This document shows, piece after piece, positions 37,375 to 50,400 of a stretch of DNA of 64,000 nt (positions are counted from its first letter, which is position 1; each line of letters begins with the position of its first letter). Below the pieces are notes generated by a model that saw only the letters and a list, made by a program, of their open reading frames with translations, did not search any database and was not told where the DNA came from. A program made the translations under genes and the position numbers. The stretch is from Octopus bimaculoides (lineage: Eukaryota): NCBI RefSeq assembly GCF_001194135.2, contig NC_068983.1:85089181-85153180 (forward strand). The letters are read 5' to 3'.

Positions 37375-40300
37375 ATATATATAATCCAAGCCATGCCAGC
37401 ATGACAAGCAGATGATGATATATATGACATCTATTTTCTTTCATTTTCCCCCATGTTTATTGAAATTTCAGTGTTCTTCAGTATGGTAATTTTATTTCAT
37501 TGCATTGTGAATTGATATTATTACTGCTTGTTCATTTTTATAACATTGTGATATTTATATTTTTATATTACTATTGTATATCATTATTGTAAGTGTATCA
37601 TATGTTGTTGTCATATGTGTTATTACTGTATTGTATGGTATTTTCTACCACAATGAGACTGGCCTCTACTTCTCCAAGCTAGCTGTTCTCCCAATTCACA
37701 CTTGTCTATTCCTATGTGTCCTTTCCCCAACAAGCATTGCACTAATCTCTGTGCCCATTCTTCTTTCTCCAGAACATTGGCCTTCCAGATTTTCTTCTTT
37801 GTAAATGTTTTTTTTTTTAGCCACAAACTAATGAAAAGGCATGGCTGTGTGATTAAAAAACTTGCTTCTCAAATATGTGGTCCTGGGTTCAGCATCACTG
37901 CACAACACCTTGGGCAAGTGTCTTTTTCAATGACCCTGGGCTAGCCAAAGCCTCATGAGTGGATCTGATTGACAATAACTGAATGAAACCTGTCATATGT
38001 TTGTTTTTACATTCAGTTTATAATAAAAACAATTTTACATTAATCTGATGGGTTACTCTATACTTTTGTAGAGTATGAATTTATTATTCTTAAATGAGAA
38101 TGTTGTTGACAGTGACTTTGAAGTGTCAGCCAGTTAAGCTATTTGGTTTCTACTAGCCTTGTGATTTCTTTATTCTTTGACCTTTACTTTAAAAAGATCC
38201 TCTTTTGGTTTCCAAAGATATTCTAGTATTCAAACAACTGAACTACTTATTAAATTATAGTGTAAGTAGATGAGTATTCCTCAGACCCTTGACCCTTAAT
38301 GTAATCTTGAGGAAGAGTCAGTATGATACAGTGACAAAACTGGCTCTTTGAATTACAGTCCATTCAATAGGTTTCTATCCAGTTTCTGGCTACCACTGGT
38401 TCAGGAGTGAAATTTGCTTAGGGGGTGTAAACCCAGGTCCAAAATTTTTTTTACACATGATGTCTTACTGTTTTTTTTTTTGGTTTTGTTGTGTATTCTT
38501 TGAGAAGAAACTTAACTTCAGTCTACTTTTTACACTTTGATTTCTAAACCTGAGAAGAGTAAGTAGGGATGTAAATTTTGATTTTGCACTCCTCAAAATA
38601 TTTTAGGAGGTGCACCTGCACCCATTGTTCCCAGACCCATGCTGGCTGCCTAATTTCACCCATTAGGTTTGGGTCAACTCAATGCTCCAAGGTGCCATAT
38701 AGTAGGATCAAGATATTATTTTAAGGTATTATAGATAGCAGAGTGAGGTCATCCTAATAATCTGACCCATACCATCAAAGGAAAAGAACTGAAAGTGATC
38801 CTCTACTTGGCAAGAAATAGCAGTCAAACCCTACTGTCTTAAAAAGGGAAAAGACACATTACATAATGTATTCTTTGATGAAATCAGTATGGAAGAGAAG
38901 AGAGGGGATGGTTATGGTTGGAATGCCTTTGATCTTAAATCACTGTAGATCTAAGGTGACATAGCAATGGCTGGCATTCAAGCTGTTAGGAGAGTATACA
39001 CAGTCACTGACCCTGCTAGAAATAGTAGCCACTCTTGCACTAACACCTTGAGGAGTAAGAAGATGTATATGGGCTCAAGGCTAGATAAGAAAAAAAAAGG
39101 GGGGGTAAAAACGTTTTACACCACTACTAGGCAGTAATGTTCCAGGATACTTCATATTAAGACCAATGCTTGTTTATTTCTCACAAACACTATGTCCAAT
39201 GAGAAAAAAAATGAAAACTGATTCTGCTTCTGATTTCAAAATAACACAAAAAACCTGAGTAGGCACATGCATGCCTGTAGGTGAAGGTGTGGCTGTGGTA
39301 AGAAATTTGCTTTCTAACCAAATGGTTTTGGGTTCAGTCCCACTGTGTGACACCTTAGGTAGGTGTCTTCTGTTATTCTCCAGGTTCACCAATGCCTTGT
39401 GAGTGGATTTGGTAGATGGAAATTGAAAGAAACCCATTGTGTGTGTGTGTGTGTGTATGTGTACACATACACACATACATATATGATCAGACTTCAAAGG
39501 GGCTAGTGTTGATCAGCATTGGCAAGACTTATGTTATGTAGTAAAAATTGGTGAAAAAAGTGCGATAAACTTGACTGTGCAGAGTGGGAAAAATTCAATA
39601 TTTTGGACATTGTCCTTCCCCATGGAAAATTTGAAAAGAGAGAAATAGATGAGAGGCAATAGAGTTTTACGTTCCCTAAATCAATGGTTCCCAAAGTGGG
39701 CAGTGGGAAGATCCAGAAGGGTATTAAAGAACAGTGAAGTGATAATAGAGTGGGCAAAAGGGGCTGATGGATGTAAAAATAACAAAATAATGGGTCAGTT
39801 CGGTTAAGTTTTATTTGTGAAATAGTTGTTTTGAATTTGTTGCAAAAATTGGTCTATGTGGTGTGTGGCGGGGGGGGGGGGACAAGGAATGAGGCCCAAG
39901 TACGAAGGGGGCAGTATCCCGAAAAAGCTTGGGAACTACTGCAACTAAAAATATTTTTTTCTACCTTAGCCACATGGCCCAGAATTTTTTGGGGAAGGGC
40001 CAGTCGATTAGATCAACCCCAATACGCAACTGGTACTTAAGTTATTGACCCTGAAAAGATGAAAGGCAAAGTTGACCTCGGCAGAATTTGAACTCGGAAC
40101 GTAAAGACAAAAAATACTGCTAAGCATTTCACCTGGCATGCTAATGTTTCTACCAGCTCACCACCTTGCTAAATTGAAATATTGGTTGCAACAGATAAGG
40201 AACATAGGTCCCCATGAGCTTCAACATGAACAAGAAGTGTTAGGAGAAACTGTGAGAAGGAAGAAGGGAAGAATTATTGAATGAGGAAAAGCAAGCAAAG

Positions 40301-40536
40301 TGAAGTGAAGGGAAAAGATGAAGTGGATAAGAAAGTGTTTAATGAACCCAGAGGAAGTGTAGAAATGGGAAGGTAAAAAAAAAAGTCATTTAAAGCTGCC
40401 TATGACATGGTGCCAAGTTCGAATATGAAACATTGTTCTCTCTGTTTCCTTAAGAATGTGGATTCATAAAATGATGAGTTGCTGCACACTGAGTGAGTGA
40501 TGGAGTGGCATGTAGTGTTGAAGTAGGTAGCACTAG

Positions 40537-42008
40537 GCAGTGCTACTTTGGTGTGTGATCTACAATTTAAAGGGAGATTACTTTAGGTTACTTTTGAGTT
40601 TACTTTTCAGTTTCTAAAATCCCTAAGGATGTTGGCTAAAGAATTTTACAATGTGATCAGAAATGAGATGAGGGTAGTTGCATATTTACGAAGAAATGGC
40701 CTTTTAGATGATGAAGAAAATGTTGCACCTTGTCATCGTTGTGGTGGAGAAATGAAGGAAGCTCGAAAAAATGGGAAAAACAATGGAGTTTTGCCAACTT
40801 TACATTGCAAAAGTTGTGACTGCCAAACTTGTGTGATCTACATGCTTATTTTAATTATTATATTGTTTATTCTTGGATACTTATTATTTACAAAGACAAA
40901 AAGGAAAAATGGTTTTATCATTATCAAAATAGTAAGAATTTTGAAAAAATACATTTACAATGCTAAGTATGTACAAAAGAATATGTTAAAAATTTAGAAA
41001 TTGAAAAGTAAACTAAAAAGTACCATAAAATCCCATGTGATTTATGCACTTTTTTCCGCAAAAATAAAACTAAACTTTAGTGAGTGCGTAAATTACATGA
41101 GTAGATTGTTTCAAGAATATTTTTAGAAATTTTTTTCTTGAAAAAAGATGTACAAAATGTAAACATTCATACCGGAAGTTGACTCATTTAATGTCTGAAT
41201 AGATTTTTACAGACAAAAAAGAGCTTATATAATGAAGTTGACTTTTATTTATGCTGGATGGTATAATGCTTACTTTTTCTGTATAAATTTACTAAAACCA
41301 TTAAATGATTAACCCCTTTTTGAAGTCTGACATACATGCTGGTAATCACAGTCCGAATCATATTTTACATGGTTGAGTAAAGTGTCATCCAAGCTGATGT
41401 TTATTGGTAATTAAATGTAATTTGCAACACCTGTGCATATTTCCCAGCTTTGTTTTGGTGATAATTCTGAACAACCTTTCCTGTGATATGGTTTGAGAAA
41501 ACATACAGTAGTATGCTAAAGATCAGACATAATCTCTTGTGGACAAGAAATGTAAAATAAAGTTTTATAAACAATATTATCCACCATCTTTCCAACAACA
41601 ACCTTGAGCACCTTTTTGAATTCCATTTGACAAACACTCGTGAACATGCTTATAAAATCAAAAAAACAACACAGCACCCATGACTTCCGGAAACATTTTT
41701 TCATGCTCAGAATTGCTGAAGCATGGAATAAATTAACCACAGGAGGCGTTAGCTGTCAAGACACTACATCCTTCAAAACTTCCATGCTTCTTGAAATCCA
41801 CCAACAATACACCTAATGGCTTTTTTTTTTTTTTAGCTGTAGTGCACCTGCGCACTGTATACAACTGTTTCCTTCATTATATCATATATACATGCTCACA
41901 ATTTGTAAAATAATACTTCAGTTATTTCTGGTTACACAGAAACATACAAACACACAGTCTCATACAGGTATGTGCATGTGCGTGCACACAAACACACAGT
42001 CTAATACA

Positions 42009-42044
<36 letters not shown>

Positions 42045-42232
42045 GGCATCATATCAGCAATTCTGAAAACTTTTGGGTGCAAATTTTACTTGAGTAGAAG
42101 TTTTTTTTTAATAATTTTTGTCCTGAAAATCACCTGCTTAAATTAAACAGGTGCACAAATTACATGGGTTTTTACAGTAACTTAAAGTAATCTCCCTTTA
42201 AATTGTAGATCACATGCCGAAGTAGCACCTAC
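40537..42232 (+). mobile_element. Merlin/IS1016-like DNA transposon derivative, interrupted by a second element
   Basis: About 85-bp inverted ends (GTGCTACT..G..TGTGATCTACAATTTAAAGGGAGATTACTTTA...). ORF 40629 MLAKEFYNVIRNEMRVVAYLRRNGLLDDEENVAPCHRCGGEM...LHCKSCDCQT resembles the N-terminal Zn ribbon of Merlin transposases (pattern recall). No DDE region is present; the superfamily call is tentative. Confidence 0.55.
41023..42177 (-). mobile_element. pogo/Tc2-like element (TA TSD) nested in the right TIR of the Merlin-like element
   Basis: TA-CCATAAAATCCCATGTGATTTATGCAC and GTGCACAAATTACATGGGTTTTTACAG-TA. Removing it plus one TA restores the outer TIR AAAAG-TA-ACTTAAAGTAATCTCCC. Confidence 0.75.
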
Positions 42233-42639
42233 TGGCTTATTTCCCCATTGTAAAGGGTGCTGCAAATGATGCAGTGTATAAGGTTATATGTTATGCAACA
42301 GAAGTTCTGAGTAATATGATATTGTCTTGGACCCAGTAATGGTTGTAGTATTGTCAATGTAGGGGCAGGTGTAGCATCATCAGCAGTTGCATTCAAAAGT
42401 ATGTATGTGTGTGTGTATGTTTGTGTCACCTTATCTCTTGACAGCACATGATTGTTGTAAATAAGTGCTACTGTCATTCATTTCTAATATTCTGTGAAGC
42501 ATGTGTGGGCCATGGGGAAAAATTGCCTTGCTTGGAAACAGGTATGGGTTGGTGATAGGAAGGGTAGCCAGCCATAGAAAAAGTGCCTCAATAAATTCAA
42601 TCCAACACAACACAGGAAATTGGACATTAAAACTATCAT

Positions 42640-43100
42640 GAAGAGGGTTTATCTTATACTTTTGTCCTGTAGTGAAAAAACATAACCTTGAACCTGCTTT
42701 ACTGTAATAATTTACATAGTACCAAATGCCACTATCTCACCTCAACTTTCAAACAGCTTATTGAAGTAACAGATCAAGATGAACAAGGTATCAGAGACTT
42801 CTGGCAAGACTACCATATGAAAGCCTTAGATAATATCAAAGAGCCTTTGGTAGTAGAATTCTTCCTTGTGAATTCCTCAGTAACAGCATAGTTAAGATGG
42901 CATATATCATGAACTAATTTACTTATAATGATCCTGACTGGAAGAGCAGAATCAAGCAAAGTGAGCTGTTCTGGGTGCAATATTAAGTTAATGTGAATCA
43001 TTACCTGACAGAAGACTTTAGAAAACCCTACGAACATTAGAAAAGCAGCCAATGTGAAAGGAAGAACCACAACCTGGACCATTGTCTCAAATACAGCCTC
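42640..43100 (+). mobile_element. Tigger/pogo transposase C-terminal remnant
   Basis: HYLTSTFKQLIEVTDQDEQGIRDFWQDYHMKALDNIKE resembles Tigger YYLRNTF...LKTFWKGFTILDAIKNI (recalled); no termini found. Confidence 0.6.
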
Positions 43101-45139
43101 TTCTGTCCTATTTCTCACTGCTGCTTTTCAAGTGCATTAACATCATGTAGGCCTTATGTGCTTGTAACTAAATTTGATCAATGAACCTGTTTCATAATTT
43201 TATAATAATTTTAAATCTTAATTATGGGTTAATCTAAAGTCATTAAACTTTTGGCAAGTGTGACAACAAATCTCTGGATATTTCATTCATTTGGCAATGC
43301 ATGTCATCTTCATTTGTGTTTGTATCACTTAAATAGAGGAATCCAAAGAAATCAGTAATGACTTTCATCAACAAAAATTGTATTTAATGATATAAAGTAA
43401 AATTACTCAATTTGGTAAAGGATAATGTCTCCCTCACAGTGGCATACCAACCTAACCCTTTAACAATCAGATTACTCTGTCAAATGTAATACTTATTAAT
43501 TCATAGCTTTGAGATTTTGACGATGTAATTACTTCAGAATAACATTATAACATAAATGTGAGATCGGATTTGGTCAGTTTGAATTTAAAATATTTTGGCT
43601 GGGTATGGCTGGTTTAAATGTTACAGGGTTAAGTCATTTTCCTTCATCATCATCATCATCATTATTATATGTCCATTTTCCATGCTGGCATGGGTTGGAT
43701 GGTTTGACAGTAGTTGGATGCCCTTCCTTATGCTAACCACTTTACAGAGTGTACTGGGTGCTTTTTATGTGGCACCAGTGCTTTTTAACCTTATATAGTG
43801 TTAAAATTATGCTGTTATAATATCCTCCTAAAACACTTTTATTCAGTGCTGTGTTTTTAGAAGTGTAATTTAGAGAACTAATTGAGTTTTAACTATATGT
43901 TATTTAACCCTAGATCAACCCTGAGCGTAAACGGTATTCCAGGCACGAACAATCCTGTCTTTTTGAGAGAGACTCTACAACTACAATATCTAATATGCCC
44001 TTTTAACACTGAGGGTATGATCATGAAGAACTTACTCTTTACTCTCCTCTTTTACTTGTTTCAGTCATCTGACTGCGGTCATGCTGGATCACCGCCTTTA
44101 ATTGAGCAAATTGACCTCAGGACTTATTCTTTGGAAGCCTAGTACTTATTCTATTGGTCTCTTTTGCTGAACCGCTAAGTTACAGGGACGTAAACACACT
44201 AACATCGGTTGTCAAGTGATGTTGGGGGGAACAAACACAGACACACAAAAGCATGCGTACGAACAGCCATGCTACATGGCAGTGAAACATGGGCTGTAAC
44301 TGCTGAGGACATACGTAAGCTCGCAAGGAATGAAGCCAGTATGCTCCGTTGGATGTGTAATGTCAATGTGAATACCCGTCAGAGTGTAAGTATCTTGAGA
44401 GAAAAACTGAACATTAGAAGCATCAGTTGTGGTGTGCAAGAGAGACGATTGTGCTGGTATGGACATGTGGTGAGAATGGATGAGGATAGCTGCGTGAAAA
44501 AGTGCCACACCCTAACAGTTGAGGGAACCCGTGGAAGAGGTAGGCCCAGGAAGACCTGGGCTGAGGTGGTGAGGCAAGACCTTCGTACNNNNNNNNNNNN
44601 NNNNNNNNNNNNNNNNNNNNNNNNNNNNNNNNNNNNNNNNNNNNNNNNNNNNNNNNNNNNNNNNNNNNNNNNNNNNNNNNNNNNNNNNNNNNNNNNNNNN
44701 NNNNNNNNNNNNNNNNNNNNNNNNNNNNNNNNNNNNNNNNNNNNNNNNNNNNNNNNNNNNNNNNNNNNNNNNNNNNNNNNNNNNNNNNNNNNNNNNNNNN
44801 NNNNNNNNNNNNNNNNNNNNNNNNNNNNNNNNNNNNNNNNNNNNNNNNNNNNNNNNNNNNNNNNNNNNNNNNNNNNNNNNNNNNNNNNNNNNNNNNNNNN
44901 NNNNNNNNNNNNNNNNNNNNNNNNNNNNNNNNNNNNNNNNNNNNNNNNNNNNNNNNNNNNNNNNNNNNNNNNNNNNNNNNNNNGTTGGCGTTAGGAAGGG
45001 TATCCAGCTGTAGAAACTCTGCCAAATTAGATTGGAGCCTGGTGTTGCCATCCGGTTTCACCAGTCCTCAGTCAAATCGTCCAACCCATGCTAGCATGGA
45101 AAGCGGACGTTAAACGATGATGATGATGATACATATATA

Positions 45140-45297
45140 CGACGGGTTTCTTTCAGTTTCCATCTACCAAATCCACTCACAAGGCTTTGGTCGACCCGAG
45201 GCTGTAGTAGAAGACACTTGCCCAAGGTGCCATGCAGTGGGACTGAACCTGGAACCATGTGGTTGGTAAGCAAGCTACTTACCACACAGCCACTCTT
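45140..45297 (-). mobile_element. tRNA-derived SINE family A (GTGGTAAGTAGCTTGCTTACCAACCACATGGTTCCAGGTTCAGTCCCACTGC...); copies about 12468-12622 (+), 30192-30310 (+), 37845-37990 (+), 39285-39440 (+), 50955-51020 (+), and within both inverted arms
   Basis: B-box-like GGTTCAGTCCC, then a shared body CCTTGGGCAAGTGTCTTCTACTA...GCCTTGTGAGTGGATTTGGTAGATGGAAACTGAAAGAA. Confidence 0.8.
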
Positions 45298-47404
45298 GGC
45301 TACTTTTCCTAGTAGAATGAATAATGTTGAAACTGTTTTCATGTGTTCCACACTATATTTCTTATACTTTTCACACAGTACAGTGTGGATTTATTGCTTC
45401 CTTGTTTATTCTGTTAAAGATTTTATATTGTTTGTTGGTAGTTTCTATTGTTTAGCTCAGCACCAACTGTGAATATGCAAACTTATAATCAAAGGCTTTG
45501 CAGTTATATTTGTCCTACTTGTTTGAGACTAAATTAACTTATGTATCCTTTTAGACCAATGATTGTATTTTGAAGGCGACTTGGCTGTTGTTTATAGCAG
45601 ATTGAGCTATTATGTAGTAGTATTCATGTTTGTGTTGGTAAAATGTCTGAGGTTAGTAATAGTTATGTTTATAACAACAAATTTAACCCTTTTCTGACTA
45701 TATTTCAAATGGAAAATATTGTCTGAGACATGTTTTCAACCACCATACCACAAGTTTTTGAGGAAAAACTGAAATTGTCAGAATATTTAGAAAATTTGAG
45801 TGTTTTTAATGCACCACACTGGTGCATTTATATGAATTTTAAACAGAATGCAACTAGACATCTATCTCTGTTTTAAAATAATATTTATAACTGCTTTTAT
45901 ACAACAAAGTTAATAGTCTTTATTCAGTATACCATGAATGGGAAAGATCAAAAATCTCAGATCTATTACTTCAAAAAATAAAGTTTGAAAATCAAAGATT
46001 TGGAAGGGTTTGACAAAACAACTCATTATTGAGCTGTGTTTGTAATATAGCTTATATAATTAGAATAAGTTTTAATTGCTATATGACAATTTTTTGAGGG
46101 GGGGGGTTGTCTCATAGAATCAAAGGTGGTCTTAAGTAGCTTGATATTGGAAGGGTTAAAATATTATTTAAAATTTTGATTTTGTATTGATGTAATCAAT
46201 AATTATCTTTTATTAAATGACAGCCAATATTTATTTTATCTATCATTCCTTCTGTATACATATTTTTACAAAAGAAAATGTCTAATTTTAATTTCCATTT
46301 TCTAAGAACACTATATGGATTAGATTCTATTTCTGAAGTTGTAGACGACCTTAAGGATGATGGAGTGACTGTTTAAATATATCTGCTACTAGATTTGATA
46401 GACTGAAATGGACAGCCTGACCTGATTAGTATTATATTTAGTTAAATGGAAGATTTACTCATGTTCACCCCCACCACCACCCCCTTTGCTCCATCTACCT
46501 TAGTCTGTAAATGAGTGACCTAAATTCCTGGTCACTAATATTGTTTGCTGTTATGTGGCAATATCTTGTGACCCTGATGTGTACATAACATCTAACAACA
46601 GACTCACAGATTCACTGTGACAACTTTTGTTGTGATTATTTCCGAACCCTGCTTTTGCAATTTTACTGATCATCAATGGTATATCGAAAGACTTAAGACA
46701 CCAACCTTCCCACTAGCACTTGCTTTCCTTTCTTTCTATTAATTGTCAAGAAGGGAAGAAAATCTCTCTCTCAAGAGTTTTCCAGCAGAGGTAGATGCAG
46801 CTGCTCTCTCACCTCTACTACTGTTACTACTACTACTACTACTGCTGCTGCTGCTGTTGCTACTGTTAGTCTTGCATCTGCTGCTGTTTAGCACTACTAC
46901 TTAGCTGAACTGCTACCAGTGCCTGCCTTTGCATCAAGATTTTGGCTACCTGTTATTGGCTGCCTCTGCCTTGTTTTGTTGATGTATATTAACAAACAAG
47001 CATGTTCTATTATGGATGTAGGTACCCACAAATCTTTTACTCCTTTCTACCACTGTCATTAATTGTTTTTACCTTCCCATCATGATTTCCTATTTCCAAC
47101 CTTATTTTCAACTCATTGAGTTGCACTACACCTGCAAGTCAACGATTATAGTTTTCCTTTTTAAAACTTTTCTCTTATTCATTACTAATTTCTTTCAAAC
47201 ACTGATTTGTTTATAATGTCTGTATCTCAGAAATAGAATTTGATTTGTTTTTGTTTATTGCAAATGAAACTTCATTACAATCTGACACATTGTGTCATTG
47301 ATTTTCTTGTGCAATTTTCAATTTTTTATTTTGTTTTATGTGACAGCTGGATAAGATTAAAATTAAAATGTATGAAATGGTTGTCTCAGCTGTTTCTGTC
47401 TGTG

Positions 47405-47441
<37 letters not shown>

Positions 47442-50400
47442 TCAGATGTTATTATTTAGCAATAACAGCTCTTTACTTTTAGTATCACAAGTAAGTGCTG
47501 GCAGATGTGAAAGCTTTAATTGAAAATCCCATATTGCATCGTATCAATTTAATTTTATTGATTACTAATAATGACTATTATTTCATCACTTGGTAGCATC
47601 TTCAATGTTTTTAATGGTTTCAGAATTACTTCCAGAGAAGGAATTCCTAAATACAAATTATTTCTTTAGTTTATCTTTTAGTTTTTATTTTATTTTTCAG
47701 CCTCCCAACTTTATTTTTAGTAGCTGAAATTAATGTATATAATACCTATATTCTAAGAAAATATCTTAATAATATCTAAATCCTGACAAAAACTTGTGAC
47801 CAAACTAAAGTTTGGGGGCTTGTAAATATTCAGCAGTCCCTCTCTTTTTCTGTTATTCTGTCAACCTATTTTTAGCTTTGTTGGTTCATTATATTCTTCT
47901 CATTTGATTCATATGATTTTCTAATTATAGATAGTAGTTTCAATATGTTGCAGAAATTGTCAAACAAAATTGCCTGTCTCTACCTAGTTTGCCTCTAACC
48001 TATGTAATGTTTATTCCCCTTTTGAAATTTAGGGTCCCCCAAAAAATCAAAAAATAAAATCCTTATCTAATCTTTTCATAGGGTTCAATCTCAGGTTGCT
48101 CCAAATCCTTTCATTTTTTTCCATTTTATTTATTTATTTTATTCTTTATTGTAAGTAAAATGTTAATCTTCCAATGTTCTTGCTCTCCAAAAGAATAGTG
48201 GTAGGGTTTAATGTCAAAATTAGTCAAGAAATATGTTGTTGTTAATTATAAATATTTCTTTACTCTTATCTTCATGTATTTGATTAATGGCATCTTTTGC
48301 TGTTTTTCACTATACACTTCCTTCTTCATGTCTGCAAGTGTATGAAGGACCTGTAGCTTTATTGTGAATCAATATAGCTCAGCCATTCCAAAGAAGACAA
48401 TGAAAATTGAAAGAATTTCATGTATGCATTTGTTACAGAAAACATTAAGACAACCTTAGTTTTCATATCAGTCAAATCATTGTGAATATAAGAAAAAAGA
48501 AAAATGGATATGCTTTTGATGTCTCCAGAATGTATAATAGTGACTTTAATCAACCAACCTGCATGAGGGGGGTGGAGTGGGAGAATAGTCTCACCCTGTT
48601 TAATCTAATGGTTTTCTTCACTGAACACTGTAGCTTCTCATCTCAACATATTTAGTAGATTTACATCTTTTTTCTTCTTTTTAAACTTTGATTTATTTTG
48701 AGAGGACTAGTTAGCTTTAGCCTTTCTTAATATGAGCTTTTCACATGCTGGGAAGGAGACCAAATGTTTGTTTCCCTTGTCAATACACTTCTGTTTGATA
48801 TTAGTGGTTTGACTGTTGAATTGCTTTATCTCAAGTTTCTTTCAGTCTTGCAAACACAGAACAAATTTTTAAAATCTATCTTAAAACCAGTTTGGCTTTG
48901 TGTATGTATGTATGTGTGTGTGTGTGTGTGTGCATGCTGTTGTCTTATTTCTTCTGTCTTTCCTCACATATTTTGAGTTCATCTTGTATAATAACTTTCT
49001 AATGTCCCTTAAGTCTCCTATTAAGTTGAAAATGTCTAGCTGGTAATATTTGCTTTAACCATGTATATATAGACTTTATTTAAAGTCAATTTCCTCTAAG
49101 ATTTTCTGAACTCTATTGCACAAACTTCTATAATAAAAGGTCCATATTGGCGACATAGAAAAGCAACTTTTAACTTTTTTGTTTTTCTTAGTGAAATTTC
49201 CCAACAAAATTTTCTAACATCAATTAATAAATTATTGAGAAGAAATTTATTGCAAATGTCTGGTTAGATTACAGAAATAGTAACTGTGGGGTTAAGAATC
49301 TCACTTTGTGACTTCTATTGCATGGCACCTTACAGACTGACTAGTGCTTTGTGAGTGAATTTGGTTGACAGAAAATGTGTACGTGTGTCGTTTTGCTTGT
49401 TTTTGTCCCACCTACCATTTGATAACCAATGTTTGTTCATTTACATCTCCATAACTTAGCACTTTGGCAAGAGTGACCAATAGAATAAGTACTGGAGTTT
49501 AATTTGATCGACTAATCCCTTCTAAGCAGTACCCATTGTGACCACAGTTGATTGTTTGACATAAATAAGCGATAAAAGATCCATTAAGATTTAATGTTTG
49601 AGAAATTTGTTTCCAAGTTTCCTGCCAGTTAAGAGCAATCATCAAATGCCAGTCAATAACTAATTGGCTAACCATCAATGTTTTTATCTCATGATTGCTC
49701 AGTATCGAATCCTCTTTTCCTTGTGTCATCATCATCATCATTTAATGTTCATTTTCCATGCTGGCCTGAGTTGGATGGTTTGACAGGAGCTGGCCAGCTG
49801 AAGAGCTGCCCAGGCTCCATGTCTGTTTTGGCACAGTTTCTACACTACAGCTAAGTGTGTTTACGTGGTATCAGTACAGGTGCTTTTTACATGGCACCAG
49901 CACCCATGAGCCCACAAGATTAGGAATGCTCAGTTGGAGGGGAATGCAGGAGACAAGCTTGTATGCAAGGACAACCACACTTTTACTTGGTTTGTCTTTT
50001 TTTCTCAAGCACAGCATACTGCTAGGAGTCTTGGTCCCCTATTAACTATTTAGATGGCTCACCAGATGTACTTTACTATTTCTGTTACCTAGTTAATCTA
50101 ATTAGTGCTGGAGTTAGTTATATATGGAAACAAAATTAAGAAAGGGTTGCTAGAAGTTTTAGGGAGCTGTTACCACTGTTTGTAACAAGAGTTTTACTCT
50201 ATAGAAGACAGACTCTATGAATCCTGTATAAAAAGTGCAATGTTGAATGGTAGCAAGACATAAGTATAAAATGAAGACAATCTGTAAAGGCACAAGAGAA
50301 ATGAAGTGAATATTTTCCATTGAAAGGTGTAATGTTGATTTGCATAGAAAGTGGAGCACCATTTAATTGGGAGAGATATCTTTTTTTTATTTTTTTAATT

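Noticed and set aside
42810-43118. Minus-strand ORF with a RasGEF-like phrase (HPEQLTLLDSAL)
   Set aside because: The opposite strand matches a Tigger transposase better; there are no convincing splice sites or further GEF motifs.
45683-46159. Possible second piggyBac-type MITE (TTAACCCTT...AAGGGTTAA)
   Set aside because: Only about 9 bp of terminal complementarity; the ends may belong to different elements.
46810-46900. CTA/CTG trinucleotide runs as a possible MED15 polyQ exon
   Set aside because: The Gln-coding reading is on the minus strand, opposite to MED15; it is a simple microsatellite.
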